Part shown: positions 1 through 10,776 of the stretch, one piece after another
Numbering within the stretch: position 1 is the first letter of the stretch
Layout of the letters: the number at the start of each line of letters is the position of its first letter
NCBI GenBank assembly: GCA_049516875.1
Contig: JBEKSS010000001.1
Span: 1 to 64,000, forward strand
Direction of reading: 5' to 3'
Length of the DNA: 64,000 nucleotides
Origin: Candidatus Bathyarchaeia archaeon
GTDB taxonomy: Archaea > Thermoproteota > Bathyarchaeia > Bathyarchaeales > Bathycorpusculaceae
Made by a program: the position numbers and the translations under genes
Notes under the pieces: model-generated
The model's database searches: none
What the model was told of the DNA's origin: nothing
Seen by the model: the letters and a program-made list of their open reading frames with translations, nothing else

Positions 1-1
1 A

Positions 2-181
2 GAGGAAGAGGAGTTCTCCGAGGAGGAAACTGCTTTGCTCTTGGAGGGTGTGCCGCATGATAAGGTGCCAGCCACGATACTTAGAAAACTAGAACGTCTA
101 AGCCTAGTCGAGGACCTTGACAATCTTCCTCGCAACTTAGGCATTTTCTTCAAGAAACGTGAGCAGTCCAAATCCAAGTGA
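2..181 (+). CDS. 3' end of a gene running in from the left edge (possibly a 4Fe-4S/QueG-like protein C-terminus)
   Basis: Open frame EEEFSEEETALLLEGVPHDKVPATILRKLERLSLVEDLDNLPRNLGIFF...TGA at 179-181; family call is from recalled resemblance only. Confidence 0.55.
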   Translation, partial: EEEEFSEEETALLLEGVPHDKVPATILRKLERLSLVEDLDNLPRNLGIFFKKREQSKSK

Positions 182-193
182 GCTCTATGTGCG

Positions 194-210
194 GGATAAA
201 ACTTTACCCC
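194..210 (+). repeat. 17-bp motif GGATAAAACTTTACCCC (copy 1 of 5)
   Basis: Identical to 47418-47434 and to the reverse complement of 44048-44064. Confidence 0.9.
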
Positions 211-265
211 ACCCAACGCAATCTTATATTTGTTGAATCGTAACTGTAGTGATGAGGTCTACTGA

Positions 266-436
266 ATGGGAATCATTCAAAAGAAATGTTCAATTTGCGG
301 AAAAGTCTTTACGACATTAGATAACAAAAACAAATATTGCAGTGCCCAATGCGCTAAAAAAGCAAATAAGAGAGCTTCACACCAACTAGGCGAACCATCA
401 CCATCAACCAAATCATCAACAAAAGAACCAACATAG
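266..436 (+). CDS. 56-aa small zinc-finger-like protein (not in ORF track)
   Basis: MGIIQKKCSICGKVFTTLDNKNKYCSAQCAKK..., CxxC...CxxxC; GAGGT RBS at 254-258; TATA-like CTTATATT near 223. Confidence 0.7.
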   Translation: MGIIQKKCSICGKVFTTLDNKNKYCSAQCAKKANKRASHQLGEPSPSTKSSTKEPT

Positions 437-635
437 CCACACTTACCTTTATCCTTAACAATAGACCGAACACAGCGAAACCCACCATCTACTTGGGTTT
501 TCTGAACAGCATGATGTTTTAGCGCATGCACGCGAATTGGAATGATGCACATTAAAAGAGGTTGTTGTGAATATCAACGCGCACCTTGCCTTCTTCCAAA
601 GTTGTTGCCATGGCCCGCGCTCGGCCTGGTGCAGC

Positions 636-1835
636 TCAGTCTCTCAACGCCATTGCCGAGAAGACCAGCAGCAAGGAAACGGCAGCGATCGAGACAATGA
701 AGGTTGAGACAGGCGAGTAGGTGTATAGGTAGCCTCCTAAGTATGGTGCTGCGAAGGCCGCTAATAGGCTTAGATTTTGTGGGATGGACAACCACAATCC
801 ACGCCGAGCCTTCGGCGCGATAGTGCCGACGAGGGAGCTTACCAGGGAGCCTGTCACTGCAGAGCCTCCGTAACCGAACGCCAGAATCATCAGGGCGGTC
901 GTATCATGAGTCATGAGCATGGACACCATCGAAAAGATGAAGAGTGACAGAGCTATACTTATAGCGCCAGATTTCTTCCATTTGTCGCCCACACGTCCCA
1001 TGGCGATCCCAACAAGAGTCATGCCTGCAAAGTTGATCGAGCCGAAAACCCCAACGTAGAATTCACTCAAGCCCGCCTGTTCAAAAAGGAAGACGGGTAC
1101 AAGGTTTCTTGCGAGGCTCAGGAAGAAGGTTGCCACAGTGAAGAAACTGGTCCACAGCAACAGTTTTCGAAGTCTCCTTTTTTTCTCATCGGAGTTCACT
1201 GACGTATGCTCTTCCTCTGAATTGTCTTTCTTTGGATGTTGACTTCTTATGAAGAAGAAAACGCAAGTGGAACCAGCGATAAGAATCGTTGAGGCTTGAA
1301 GCACGAATCTCATTCCTGCAAAAGCGGCCAAATAGCCGCCGACTGCGGGAGCGAAAACGTAGCTGAGTGTGAACATGGAAAAAACAAACGTGACCACGGA
1401 TGCTACTCTCTTTTGGTCTGTGACAGTCGTTATGACATATGCGATTATGGCTGGGCCTGAGATGTTGGATGCCCCCCAGCAAACTGCTCCAGGAATGAGC
1501 TGGGGCCATTCTGACGCAAAGGAGTAGACAAGCGGCGCGAATATCCACAGAATCCAACCTGCTATCAACAGTTTTTTTCGGTCGCAGCGATCGGCGAGAA
1601 ACCCACCTGCTAAGCCAACCAAAGCTGATACCCCGAGAAGGACAGAGTAGACTGTGCCCAACTGCACATAATCTGCATGTAATTCTCTGATGTATAGTGG
1701 GAATACCCAGAAGTAGAGTCCTTCGCCGAACGCGCCTATGGCCAGCGAGAGGCAGATTAACCAAATATCTCGAGTAAGAGCCTCGAATGGGACACCATAG
1801 GACAGGATTCGTTTGAACGCAACGATTCTGGACAA
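636..1835 (-). CDS. MFS transporter
   Basis: About 12 hydrophobic segments; motif-A-like GFLADRCDRKK and GRVGDKWKK. Confidence 0.92.
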   Translation of the reverse strand: MSRIVAFKRILSYGVPFEALTRDIWLICLSLAIGAFGEGLYFWVFPLYIRELHADYVQLGTVYSVLLGVSALVGLAGGFLADRCDRKKLLIAGWILWIFAPLVYSFASEWPQLIPGAVCWGASNISGPAIIAYVITTVTDQKRVASVVTFVFSMFTLSYVFAPAVGGYLAAFAGMRFVLQASTILIAGSTCVFFFIRSQHPKKDNSEEEHTSVNSDEKKRRLRKLLLWTSFFTVATFFLSLARNLVPVFLFEQAGLSEFYVGVFGSINFAGMTLVGIAMGRVGDKWKKSGAISIALSLFIFSMVSMLMTHDTTALMILAFGYGGSAVTGSLVSSLVGTIAPKARRGLWLSIPQNLSLLAAFAAPYLGGYLYTYSPVSTFIVSIAAVSLLLVFSAMALRD

Positions 1836-2298
1836 CTAATCTTCCTTCTCTGCCTCCGAAAGCACGTACTTTGGGCATTTATCCTTTTACACATTGCCCT
1901 TGCGAGAGCGCGCGCTTTCAAACAAGACAATACAGTCCAAAGAATCCGATAAGCAATAAGAGATTATTCACAGAAAATTCAGCGGCATCTACAGGAGACT
2001 AGCGAGGATGCTTTTGATCAGCCCAATCCATTGTGGGTTTCCTATAACGAGGGATTTCATATTCGAACAATTGGACCTTTTTCAACTATCTTGTTCCCCC
2101 TGCAACAGGATGCTTCCAAAACTGAAAGGTCTTTCCACTATAGAAACCATAGACTATGTAGTTGTAAATCTTGCGCGCGAGAATTAACATCTACTGCGCG
2201 CGCGAGACATGATCCTTTATAGTATCGTAAGAGAAGAATGGAAAGAACCAAAGATACTGTCAAGGACTGAAAAGAAGTGAACAAGATTCTGTCGGGCA

Positions 2299-2901
2299 TT
2301 AACGTATAGAGTCAGAATTGAGCTTCCTTTCCAAGATTCCAACTCCAATATCAAAAGCTTTCTTCATTCTTACCTTGTCATTCTTAATACTTCCTAGCTC
2401 ATTGTCATCATGAGAATAGAAGAAAGTCTCAACTAGCTTAGTATTTGTCCAATTGAAGAATCCTTTCACAGTTGTCATAATGACATTGAATTCTTGGTCT
2501 GTTCCCGCAACTGCAATGAAAACTCCTCTCTTCCATTTCTTCACCCTTCTTTCAAACCCGAATGTTCCATCAGCTTTCTTAACATAGGGCATCAGACAGT
2601 TGGAACGATCTATCATAAGCTTCACTTGTGCACTAACAGTGTCAAAGTATACTGGTGATCCTAGTACGATAGCATCAGAAGTTTCCAAGGCATCATAGAC
2701 CCCTTTCATGTCATCGTTGAAAAGACAGTGTTTAGGATCAGGGTCAACTCCACAACTCTGGCATGGTTTGATTTTCAGACTGTTTAGATATATCTTGCTT
2801 GTCTCTGCTCCTTGAGAAGCTGCACCCTTCAAAACTTGAGAAACCAGTACATCAACATTTCCATTCTTGCAAGGACTGCCTATGATTCCACAAGCCTTCA
2901 T
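2299..2901 (-). CDS. Iron-sulfur flavoprotein / NADPH-dependent FMN reductase family
   Basis: GSPCKNGN, PCQSCG...C..DDM, LGSPVYF, MIDR motifs. Confidence 0.88.
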   Translation of the reverse strand: MKACGIIGSPCKNGNVDVLVSQVLKGAASQGAETSKIYLNSLKIKPCQSCGVDPDPKHCLFNDDMKGVYDALETSDAIVLGSPVYFDTVSAQVKLMIDRSNCLMPYVKKADGTFGFERRVKKWKRGVFIAVAGTDQEFNVIMTTVKGFFNWTNTKLVETFFYSHDDNELGSIKNDKVRMKKAFDIGVGILERKLNSDSIR

Positions 2902-3157
2902 AGCAATAACCCTAAACAAAAATCATACATTGATAGACTTATGCTTTCCTAGGTCAAAGTTGATTGGAATGGAAATAGTTTCAAAGAACATAATGTGAAC
3001 TTCTCTTTCTAAAAACTCCCTAGAGGTTTTTCTAGTTCTGGTTGTTACATGCACAGAGTAAAGTTTGGATGTTCGGTCTATGGTGGTCAAAGGTCCAATC
3101 GAAGGTTTTTCCACAAGTCATAAGAACTACAGAGAAAGACGTGATTAATGACTTGGC

Positions 3158-3898
3158 ATGAAGAAACTGAACCCTGAAGAAGATGCTTTTGGTCAGGCAT
3201 TACTTGCTGCCTACAAGGGAGAAGAGGTCCATGAGATAGTGGAAAGAGATGATGGCTTTGCCGATGCTATGTCCACAAGAGGGTATTTTTCTGACTATGA
3301 AAGCTGGTCTCCGATGGAGCAAGAGGGCATGCATTTTGTGAAAGGAAGAATCCTGGACGTAGGCTGTGGAGCAGGTAGGCACTCGTTGTACTTGCAGGAG
3401 AAAGGGTTTGATGTGTTTGGGATTGACGTTTCTCCTCTCGCCATTAAGGTTTGCAAGCTAAGAGGTCTGAAGAAAACCGGGGTCATGCCCATCGAAGCTG
3501 TGAACTTCAAACCGGACTCTTTTGAAACAATCATCATGATGGGAAACAACTTTGGACTATTTGGCAGTTTCAAAAAAGCAAGAAGATTTCTCAAGAAGTT
3601 CTACAGAATGACTTCCAAAGATGCTCTAATCGTGGCCACATCCCGAGATCCTTACAAGACTGACAACCCCGCACATCTGTATTATCACAAACTGAATAGG
3701 GAAAGAGGCAGAATGAGCGGACAGGTGAGAATCCGAATAAGATACGAGAAATGCATCAGTAAATGGTTTGACTACTTAATGGTGTCAGGGGAGGAAATGG
3801 CACAGATTCTTTCTGGCACAGGGTGGAAGGTTAAAGAGTTCCTGGATACTGGAGAACCCTACTACGTCGCCATTGTCAAGAAGATTGGTTATAGCTAG
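3158..3898 (+). CDS. Class I SAM-dependent methyltransferase
   Basis: [11 protein letters not shown] motif I, GIDVS. Confidence 0.9.
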   Translation: MKKLNPEEDAFGQALLAAYKGEEVHEIVERDDGFADAMSTRGYFSDYESWSPMEQEGMHFVKGRILDVGCGAGRHSLYLQEKGFDVFGIDVSPLAIKVCKLRGLKKTGVMPIEAVNFKPDSFETIIMMGNNFGLFGSFKKARRFLKKFYRMTSKDALIVATSRDPYKTDNPAHLYYHKLNRERGRMSGQVRIRIRYEKCISKWFDYLMVSGEEMAQILSGTGWKVKEFLDTGEPYYVAIVKKIGYS

Positions 3899-4025
3899 TC
3901 TATGCATAGAGACAACCATGGCCAATTGGAGAGAAGAGAAGTGACGAGAATGGAAGAGGTTTGCAGAGACCAGGGAGAAGCATTATTAGAATTCAGATGC
4001 AGTGTCTCTTGTGGGAATGGTTCAC

Positions 4026-4556
4026 ATGTCTGTTAAACCAGTTCTGTGCCAAAATTGTGGAGCTACAGTGTCATTGCAAGAAAGTGTGTGCAAGTGCTGT
4101 GGTGTCAAATATGCTGTCGAAACTGGAAGAATAATCATGAACCAACTTGACATGAAGAAAATTGAGCATAGTGAGAAACTGATGAGAAACAATCTCCCAG
4201 AAATTGTTCTTAAAACCTTAGCACCATATCCCGAAGAAAAAATCATTTTCGAACAGAACTGGACAAATCTAAAAAAACATTTCCTAGTTACAAACGAGAA
4301 AATGATTTTCTATAAAGAAGATCTGACAGACTATTGGATTTTACCTTTTGGCGATTTTGGTGGGTCATCTGAAGGTCACGAGAGAAATTTCATGACCAAA
4401 CTAGGTGATGTTCCCTTCTTTCTAACTCTTCAACTTCTCGATTTGAAAAATAATGTCTGGTTCAAGCTGCCAGGGATTTTTCCTCCTGGTACAGAATGTT
4501 CAAAATTGAAAGGTGCAATCGATAATGCCTACAATCTGTGGCTTACGAAAAAATAG
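4026..4556 (+). CDS. Hypothetical protein with N-terminal Zn ribbon
   Basis: CQNCGA...CKCCG; C-terminal part may be PH-like (FLVTNEKMIFY). Confidence 0.7.
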   Translation: MSVKPVLCQNCGATVSLQESVCKCCGVKYAVETGRIIMNQLDMKKIEHSEKLMRNNLPEIVLKTLAPYPEEKIIFEQNWTNLKKHFLVTNEKMIFYKEDLTDYWILPFGDFGGSSEGHERNFMTKLGDVPFFLTLQLLDLKNNVWFKLPGIFPPGTECSKLKGAIDNAYNLWLTKK

Positions 4557-4626
4557 AACAAACCGTCAATCCCAGCATTATTCTGCCTGGCCTTCTTGTG
4601 CACTCTTGACCCTCCTCTAAAAGGTG

Positions 4627-5205
4627 TTAGTATCCGCTTGGACCATTGTCATTTCTTTGTTTTTCAGTTGCAAGGCAACTTATGAAGCGTTCAACAATTC
4701 TGTAGGTGAGTCCCCAGATGATTGTGCTTCCCACGGTAAAAGCTGGGAATTCGCCGAAGCTGAATTTCACTTTCCTTCTGTTTCTGACAAGCTCATCAAC
4801 AGGAATCCAAAAGTGCTCTTCCAGTTCTTTTTTGTTCAATGTTATCGATGGCTCCTTTTGAACGTGAATGACGAAGGGAAGAACCTTGATTTCAGGTTTG
4901 GGTTCCGACTGAAACGTCGGCATTACTCCTAGGAAGTGGCAATGATAGTGGAGGTCTATGTTTGTTTCTTCAAGCGTTTCTCTAATTGCAGTTGCCTTCA
5001 GATCTTTGTCTTCTGCTTGCCGTTTTCCTCCGGGCAACGCCATCTGTCCAGACCATGGATCTCTAGAGTTCTGAACTCGCCTCACAAAGAGAACATACGG
5101 TTCTCCATGTTCAAGCTTCAGAAGGAGAGCCACTGCCGCATTCGCGTCTTGCTCATCCGACACCGCTCTCAGAGTCTCAGGGAGTTTTTCAATCGAAAAA
5201 GTCAA
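4627..5205 (-). CDS. Nudix hydrolase, CoA pyrophosphatase type
   Basis: WSGQMALPGG...TAIRETLEETNI Nudix box; IWGLTYRI. Confidence 0.92.
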   Translation of the reverse strand: MTFSIEKLPETLRAVSDEQDANAAVALLLKLEHGEPYVLFVRRVQNSRDPWSGQMALPGGKRQAEDKDLKATAIRETLEETNIDLHYHCHFLGVMPTFQSEPKPEIKVLPFVIHVQKEPSITLNKKELEEHFWIPVDELVRNRRKVKFSFGEFPAFTVGSTIIWGLTYRIVERFISCLATEKQRNDNGPSGY

Positions 5206-5413
5206 TTCGAATCAGCACACTTTCTTGTGACTCCGAAATCCAACATAAAAACAATTCTGTTTGTCGACTCGGGCAAAGCACCAATTGTTGAGAATTGGAT
5301 TTCCTAGCGTCTCCCAGAATAGGACAATCCACAAAGCAAAGCTCATAACTCAAGACGAAAAGGTATACTTGACCCGAACTTATCTCTGCTCGGGTGGGCG
5401 AGTGGTCGATCTC

Positions 5414-6079
5414 ATGAATCTTGTGGTGCTCTGTGACTTTGATGGCACGATTACGACAGTCGATACCGCGGAGTGGGTTCTAGCCAGATTCGCCCAAGGA
5501 GACTGGCGACAGTTTGACAGGCAATTCGAGAACAGCGAAATTACACTTGAAGAATGTTTGAACAAAGAGTTTTCGCTCGTGAGAGCATCAGAAGAGCAGA
5601 TGCTAGAAGAACTGAAGGACGTGGTAACCTTTCGCCCGAGCTTTAAGAAACTAGCAGAGTATTGCAAGAAAAACCGCGTTCCTCTCATAATAGTAAGTGC
5701 GGGATTAGATTTTGTCATAAACCACTTTTTGAAAATCAATAATTGCCAGGACTTGGTGGAAGTCTACACGGCAAAGACCGCATTCAGCGCCAACGGCATC
5801 AGGTTTACGTTTCCAACACTGTTTGACCGAACATCTGACAACTTCAAACACGACATGGTCAGACACTACAAGAGTCATGGCAGGAAAGTCGTTTACGTAG
5901 GTGATGGTTCAGCAGACTATGCTGCGGCTAAGGATGCCGACATTTCATTTGCAATTGAAGGTTCTAGGCTGGCAAAACTGTGCAAAAGCCATGGAATACC
6001 CTGCAGAAACATAATCGACTTTCAAGATGTAATCGAAGCGATTCGCAAGATCTTGTCGCTTGAGGCGCACGAGCAATAA
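5414..6079 (+). CDS. HAD-IB phosphatase, MtnX-like
   Basis: CDFDGTIT, IVSAGLD, YVGDGSADY motifs. Confidence 0.88.
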   Translation: MNLVVLCDFDGTITTVDTAEWVLARFAQGDWRQFDRQFENSEITLEECLNKEFSLVRASEEQMLEELKDVVTFRPSFKKLAEYCKKNRVPLIIVSAGLDFVINHFLKINNCQDLVEVYTAKTAFSANGIRFTFPTLFDRTSDNFKHDMVRHYKSHGRKVVYVGDGSADYAAAKDADISFAIEGSRLAKLCKSHGIPCRNIIDFQDVIEAIRKILSLEAHEQ

Positions 6080-6574
6080 TCAAATAGGAAACAAAAAAAC
6101 GAAAAAAACCGGTCAAACTGTCGTTCTAGACTGCATCGATAGCCAGAAGCCAATCAATTGTATCTGAACAAGACCTGTGACCCATCATTCGGCTTGGCGG
6201 TCTTTCTTTCTTTTTTGTTCTTCTCATCTTGACAATTTCCTAAGTATGTCACATTGTGACGATTTGCTTTATATGTGAATTATGTACCATGGCTCCTCAG
6301 ACATCGTTGCTTGCCTTTTCTTCTTTCTGGACATATTCTTCATTTCAAATCCTCGTACAGAACTGTGCAAAATCAAACATATTTACGATTTCCAAATAAT
6401 ATACGAATGGGCATCTATTCTATATAGAAAAATTGGTGTGGCGGCCCGAAACCGACGTTGGGATAGAAGCGGATTATCGAACACTGACGATATCGTGTTG
6501 CACTGAAACTGTAACTGTGGCCTCAATGATTCGCTTGGACGCAGAAGTAATCCATGGTTCAGCTTCCAGTCGCT

Positions 6575-7651
6575 TTAGCCTATAATCGATTCCACTGTCA
6601 AGTTCAAAACAATTTCTGCGATATCGCTGGCGTACTCCGCAGTCCTTCTTAGACTTTCAATGACCAACCTCAGGTTGGCTATCTCTTCGCTTCCAATTCT
6701 TTTAGAAGAGAGCAGGGCTTCCTTCATCGTGAAGTTGACGTCTTTTGTTTTTTGGATTACGCTTTCCGCGAGGTTGAAGTCCAGTCTGAACAATGCTTCT
6801 ATTGCGGTTTCAAACATCGAGATAGCCAAGGTGCTCATTTCTTCAAGGTTCTTGAAAATCTCTACGTCTATTGGCTTTTTAAGGAGTAAAACGTTCTCTG
6901 CAATGCTGGCCGCGTGGTCGGCTGTTCTCTCCACAGACTTTGTCACGAGGCGGTAGCCAAGGCAGTCTCTTGCGTTTTTCAGACCTATCTCCTTTATGAT
7001 TCTTGGATTCTGTATCGCCATTTTGAGCTGACGTATCACGTAGAGGTTGAACCTGTCAACTTCGTCGTCTGTTGCAACAACGCTCTTTGCCAGCTGTGAG
7101 TCATGATCTTTCAGTGCAGTCATAGCGTCTTTATGCATCGATGATGTTATGATGCACATTCTTCTCAAGGCACTTTGAATTGAGAGTTCTGGATAGCTCA
7201 GTAAAACCTGCAGTATGAGTTCCGTCGGAGTGTCCGTAACAATCTCTGTTCCAACCAGCAGACGACGGGCGAAGTCTTTTGCAGTATTCCTCTGCCTAGA
7301 AATCATTTGCTGATGATCTCGGGCCCTAATGTGAATCATGTTGTAGCCAACTAGATAGGCAGATACAGCCTTTCTAACTATGGTATTTGGATTGTCGTTT
7401 GAAGACACCTTGATGAGGGCTTCATCACTCGTTTCCTTTCTCGCCAATTCAGAAGGCGATGAGACTGACAAAGAACCGTCATCTTCTTCCAAGAGTAGCA
7501 GAGAGCTACCCTTCCTAAGCTGATTTTTCGTGATCCATTTCTTAGGCAAAGAGACTATATAGGTAGAGCCGCCTGTCACCTGAAGCCTTCTCATTTCTCC
7601 TTCGTGTTTTCTACCATTTGCTGACAAACTAATCATCATCTTTATAGTCAA
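6575..7651 (-). CDS. Archaeal phosphate uptake regulator (AbrB-like DNA-binding domain plus PhoU repeats); start uncertain
   Basis: RRLQVTGGSTYIVSLPKKW; DDEVDR, ERTADH, RRTAEY motifs; divergent from pstS. Confidence 0.92.
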   Translation of the reverse strand: MTIKMMISLSANGRKHEGEMRRLQVTGGSTYIVSLPKKWITKNQLRKGSSLLLLEEDDGSLSVSSPSELARKETSDEALIKVSSNDNPNTIVRKAVSAYLVGYNMIHIRARDHQQMISRQRNTAKDFARRLLVGTEIVTDTPTELILQVLLSYPELSIQSALRRMCIITSSMHKDAMTALKDHDSQLAKSVVATDDEVDRFNLYVIRQLKMAIQNPRIIKEIGLKNARDCLGYRLVTKSVERTADHAASIAENVLLLKKPIDVEIFKNLEEMSTLAISMFETAIEALFRLDFNLAESVIQKTKDVNFTMKEALLSSKRIGSEEIANLRLVIESLRRTAEYASDIAEIVLNLTVESIIG

Positions 7652-7772
7652 ACTACAATCTATTTACTAATCCTTTTACTATATAGTATATACAGAATAT
7701 ATAAGTAACCTATATAATTTGCCGTGACCTTTCTGGACTCGAAAATTGAATGCAAAAAGAAGAGGTGTAAAA
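7652..7772. promoter_or_regulatory. Divergent regulator/pstS promoter region with repeated TATATA boxes
   Basis: ACTATATAGT palindrome at 7678-7687 followed by further TATATA elements. Confidence 0.55.
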
Positions 7773-8879
7773 ATGAAGTACAAGATTGTTATCGCAATAG
7801 TCGCAATAGTAGTCATCGTAGCAGGCGTCGTTGGTTATGTGTATCTGGCATCATCGTCCCCCCCGACAACAATAACGCTGATCGGTTCAGGAGCTACATT
7901 CCCGTATCCCCTGCTATCCGTGATGATTTCGCACTATCACGAACAAAACACCACTGTCCAGATAACTTATGACTCGAAAGGTAGTGGAGGAGGCATTTCG
8001 GATCTCGAGAGCAAGTTAGTAGACTTCGCTGCCTCAGACGCACCACTCGGAGCCACTGACATGGCCAAAGCACCAGGCACACTTCACATCCCAGAAACGA
8101 TAGGTGCCGTCACAATCGCATACAATCTGCCAGGCATCCCAACTGGTCTTCACCTGACTGGCAAGGTCATCGCCGACATCTTTGCTGGCAACGTGACGAT
8201 GTGGAACGATTCTGAGATACAAAACCTCAATTCAAACGTGACATTGCCCGCCAAGAGCATAATCACCGTTCATCGATCCGATGGTTCCGGAACAACTTTC
8301 ATCTTCACCGGCTACTTAAGCGTGTCCAGTCCTGCATGGAACGAGACAATCGGACAGGGTAAAACGGTTGGCTGGCCCATGGGACTCGGCGCAGCCGGCA
8401 ATACGGGAGTGGCACAAGACGTCAATAACACCCAGTACACCATTGGATATGTCGAGCTGGCCTACACGCTACAGAATGGTATGACAGTGGCAGCAGTCCA
8501 GAACCCGACAGGCAACTGGATTCTACCTTCCCTCAACACCATTCAGCTAGCAGTACAGACAGCGGCTTCAAGCGGCCTACCAGCCGGCAATCAGAGTTGG
8601 ACTAACGTAAGTCTCCTCAACGCCAACGACCCGCAAGCTTATCCCATAGTCAGCTTCACCTATCTACTAGTGTACCAAGAACTCAGCGTAATCCCAGGAA
8701 TGACACAGACTAGGGCAACAGCTCTTGTTCAATTCTTGTGGTGGGTGGTCCAGCCAAACGGCGGCCAACAGTACTCATCAAGCCTAGAGTACGTCCCACT
8801 TCCAGCGAACGTAGTACAAATTGATGAAGCCTCTATTCAGTCGATAACCTTCAACGGACAACACTTGCCCACGAGCTAA
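7773..8879 (+). CDS. pstS: Phosphate ABC transporter substrate-binding protein
   Basis: N-terminal TM anchor; GSGATFPYP, GSGGGI, DFAASD, HRSDGSGTT. Confidence 0.96.
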   Translation: MKYKIVIAIVAIVVIVAGVVGYVYLASSSPPTTITLIGSGATFPYPLLSVMISHYHEQNTTVQITYDSKGSGGGISDLESKLVDFAASDAPLGATDMAKAPGTLHIPETIGAVTIAYNLPGIPTGLHLTGKVIADIFAGNVTMWNDSEIQNLNSNVTLPAKSIITVHRSDGSGTTFIFTGYLSVSSPAWNETIGQGKTVGWPMGLGAAGNTGVAQDVNNTQYTIGYVELAYTLQNGMTVAAVQNPTGNWILPSLNTIQLAVQTAASSGLPAGNQSWTNVSLLNANDPQAYPIVSFTYLLVYQELSVIPGMTQTRATALVQFLWWVVQPNGGQQYSSSLEYVPLPANVVQIDEASIQSITFNGQHLPTS

Positions 8880-8957
8880 CAGTGTGCCAAGAATTGGACA
8901 CCATCACCCAAAATCTTTTTTTGAACTTGATTTCAGTAAGGGTAAGGACCGATTGAC

Positions 8958-9911
8958 ATGAGTCCAAGATTGTCTGGGGACAATCTGTTCAAGATATTGG
9001 CTGCTCTGCTCGCAGCTTCAGCTGCGGTCATCCTCATAGCCACTGGGTACGAACTTTTCGTCGGCTCTTCGCCCGTGTTACAGCGGTTTGGACTCTATTT
9101 CTTCACGGGAACAAAATGGAATCCTGTTGAAACAAGAGTGAACCCAGAAATATACGGTGCACTTCCTTACCTGCTTGGAACGCTCGTTACTTCGGCTATT
9201 GCTCTCCTGATAGGCGTGCCCCTGAGCCTCGGGATAGCTATCTTTCTTGTGGAGATGGCCCCCAGAACGTTGAGAGTACCAGTTTCGTACCTTGTGGATC
9301 TGCTTGCGGCAGTCCCCAGCGTGATATACGGACTCTGGGGATACTTTGTCCTCCGTTTTTTTATTCTCGACTACATCGAGATACCTTTGTCCCGTTACTT
9401 AGGATGGCTCCCGGTATTTAGCGGAACTCCTCAGGGTCTAGATGTGCTCAACGGCGGAATAATCTTGGCGATCATGATAATACCCACAGTGTCATCAGTC
9501 TCAAGGGAAGTCATTCAAGCAGTTCCCATCTCAATCCGAGAAGGAGCCTACAGCATCGGCGCAACCAAGTGGGAAGTTATCAGAAACTGGGTACTAAGCT
9601 ATGGTCGTTCAGGAATCTTTGGGGCAGTCATCCTAGGCCTGGGTAGAGCAGTCGGCGAAACGATGGCAGTCACCATGGTCATAGGAAATGCCATCGGCCC
9701 TTCTGCAATCCCCACTTCGCTTTTCAAACCCAGCCAAACAATGGCATCCCTCATAGCCAACAACTTCTTGGAAGCAACGCCTGGAACTTTAGAATTATCA
9801 GCATACATAGGCGTCGGATTGTTCTTGCTCTTGCTGAGTCTGTCCATAAACGTGATAGCCCAGGTCATGGTGACTCGCATCCTAAAAGTCAAGGGAGGTG
9901 CCGTGGAGTAG
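8958..9911 (+). CDS. pstC: Phosphate ABC transporter permease
   Basis: LAAVPSVIYGLWG, GRAVGETMAV. Confidence 0.96.
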   Translation: MSPRLSGDNLFKILAALLAASAAVILIATGYELFVGSSPVLQRFGLYFFTGTKWNPVETRVNPEIYGALPYLLGTLVTSAIALLIGVPLSLGIAIFLVEMAPRTLRVPVSYLVDLLAAVPSVIYGLWGYFVLRFFILDYIEIPLSRYLGWLPVFSGTPQGLDVLNGGIILAIMIIPTVSSVSREVIQAVPISIREGAYSIGATKWEVIRNWVLSYGRSGIFGAVILGLGRAVGETMAVTMVIGNAIGPSAIPTSLFKPSQTMASLIANNFLEATPGTLELSAYIGVGLFLLLLSLSINVIAQVMVTRILKVKGGAVE

Positions 9912-10766
9912 ATGACGAGCTACGCCTACAGAAAATTCAAGGATAGACTCTTCTTCGTGCTCAGCCTAGGATGCGTCATCATCGCCGTTGTGCCTTTGCT
10001 GAGCATTCTCATTGAAGTCATCTTGAATGGAGCCCCGGAGCTCAGCATAAAGTTCCTCACACAAACTGCAGGGGTGATAGGGTCTCCGGACGCAGGCGGC
10101 ATAGGTCCTGCGATACAGGGTACTTTAATCCTGATAGGGCTCACTTGCCTTATCGGCATTCCATTCGGAGTGATGTCAGGAATATTCTTAGCTGAACATG
10201 GCAACAACAGATATTTGCGCGCGTACGCTGGTTTGATGAGAATTTTCAACAACGCGTTGACAGGGGTTCCCTCCATAGTCGTGGGAATTACGGTCTTCGC
10301 CCTTGTTGTTCTCACTCTCGGCCACTATTCGCCTCTTGCAGGCGCTATTGCCCTTTCTTTCATTGCGATTCCCATAGTCGCTCGAACCACAGAGGAATCG
10401 TTGAAACTAGTTCCTAACTCTCTTCGTGAAGCATCGCTTGCCCTTGGCGTGCGCAATTGGAGAACTACAGTTAGCGTCGTATTGCCAGATGCAAGGAAAG
10501 GCTTAGTCACCGGCGCTCTTCTTGCCGTGGCCAGAATCGCAGGTGAAACTGCGCCCCTGCTCATGACGATTCTTGGTGGACAGTATTTCTTCCAAGATTT
10601 TAGTCAGCCTATGGACGCTCTCCCGTTGAGAATCTACAGGGATTCATTCTTGAACTACTCCAACTTCCAGGCGCAAGCGTGGGGAGCGGCTCTGGTCTTG
10701 ATTTTGATAGTCTTAAGCCTTAACATTGGCGTTAGAGTGGCCAGTAGGGGTCGACTTGGAAAGTGA
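9912..10766 (+). CDS. pstA: Phosphate ABC transporter permease
   Basis: [26 protein letters not shown]. Confidence 0.96.
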   Translation: MTSYAYRKFKDRLFFVLSLGCVIIAVVPLLSILIEVILNGAPELSIKFLTQTAGVIGSPDAGGIGPAIQGTLILIGLTCLIGIPFGVMSGIFLAEHGNNRYLRAYAGLMRIFNNALTGVPSIVVGITVFALVVLTLGHYSPLAGAIALSFIAIPIVARTTEESLKLVPNSLREASLALGVRNWRTTVSVVLPDARKGLVTGALLAVARIAGETAPLLMTILGGQYFFQDFSQPMDALPLRIYRDSFLNYSNFQAQAWGAALVLILIVLSLNIGVRVASRGRLGK

Positions 10767-10776
10767 GAAGACAAAA

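Noticed and set aside
6248-6260. GTCACA-T-TGTGAC palindrome next to a TATA-like box
   Set aside because: Single short occurrence with no convincing downstream gene.
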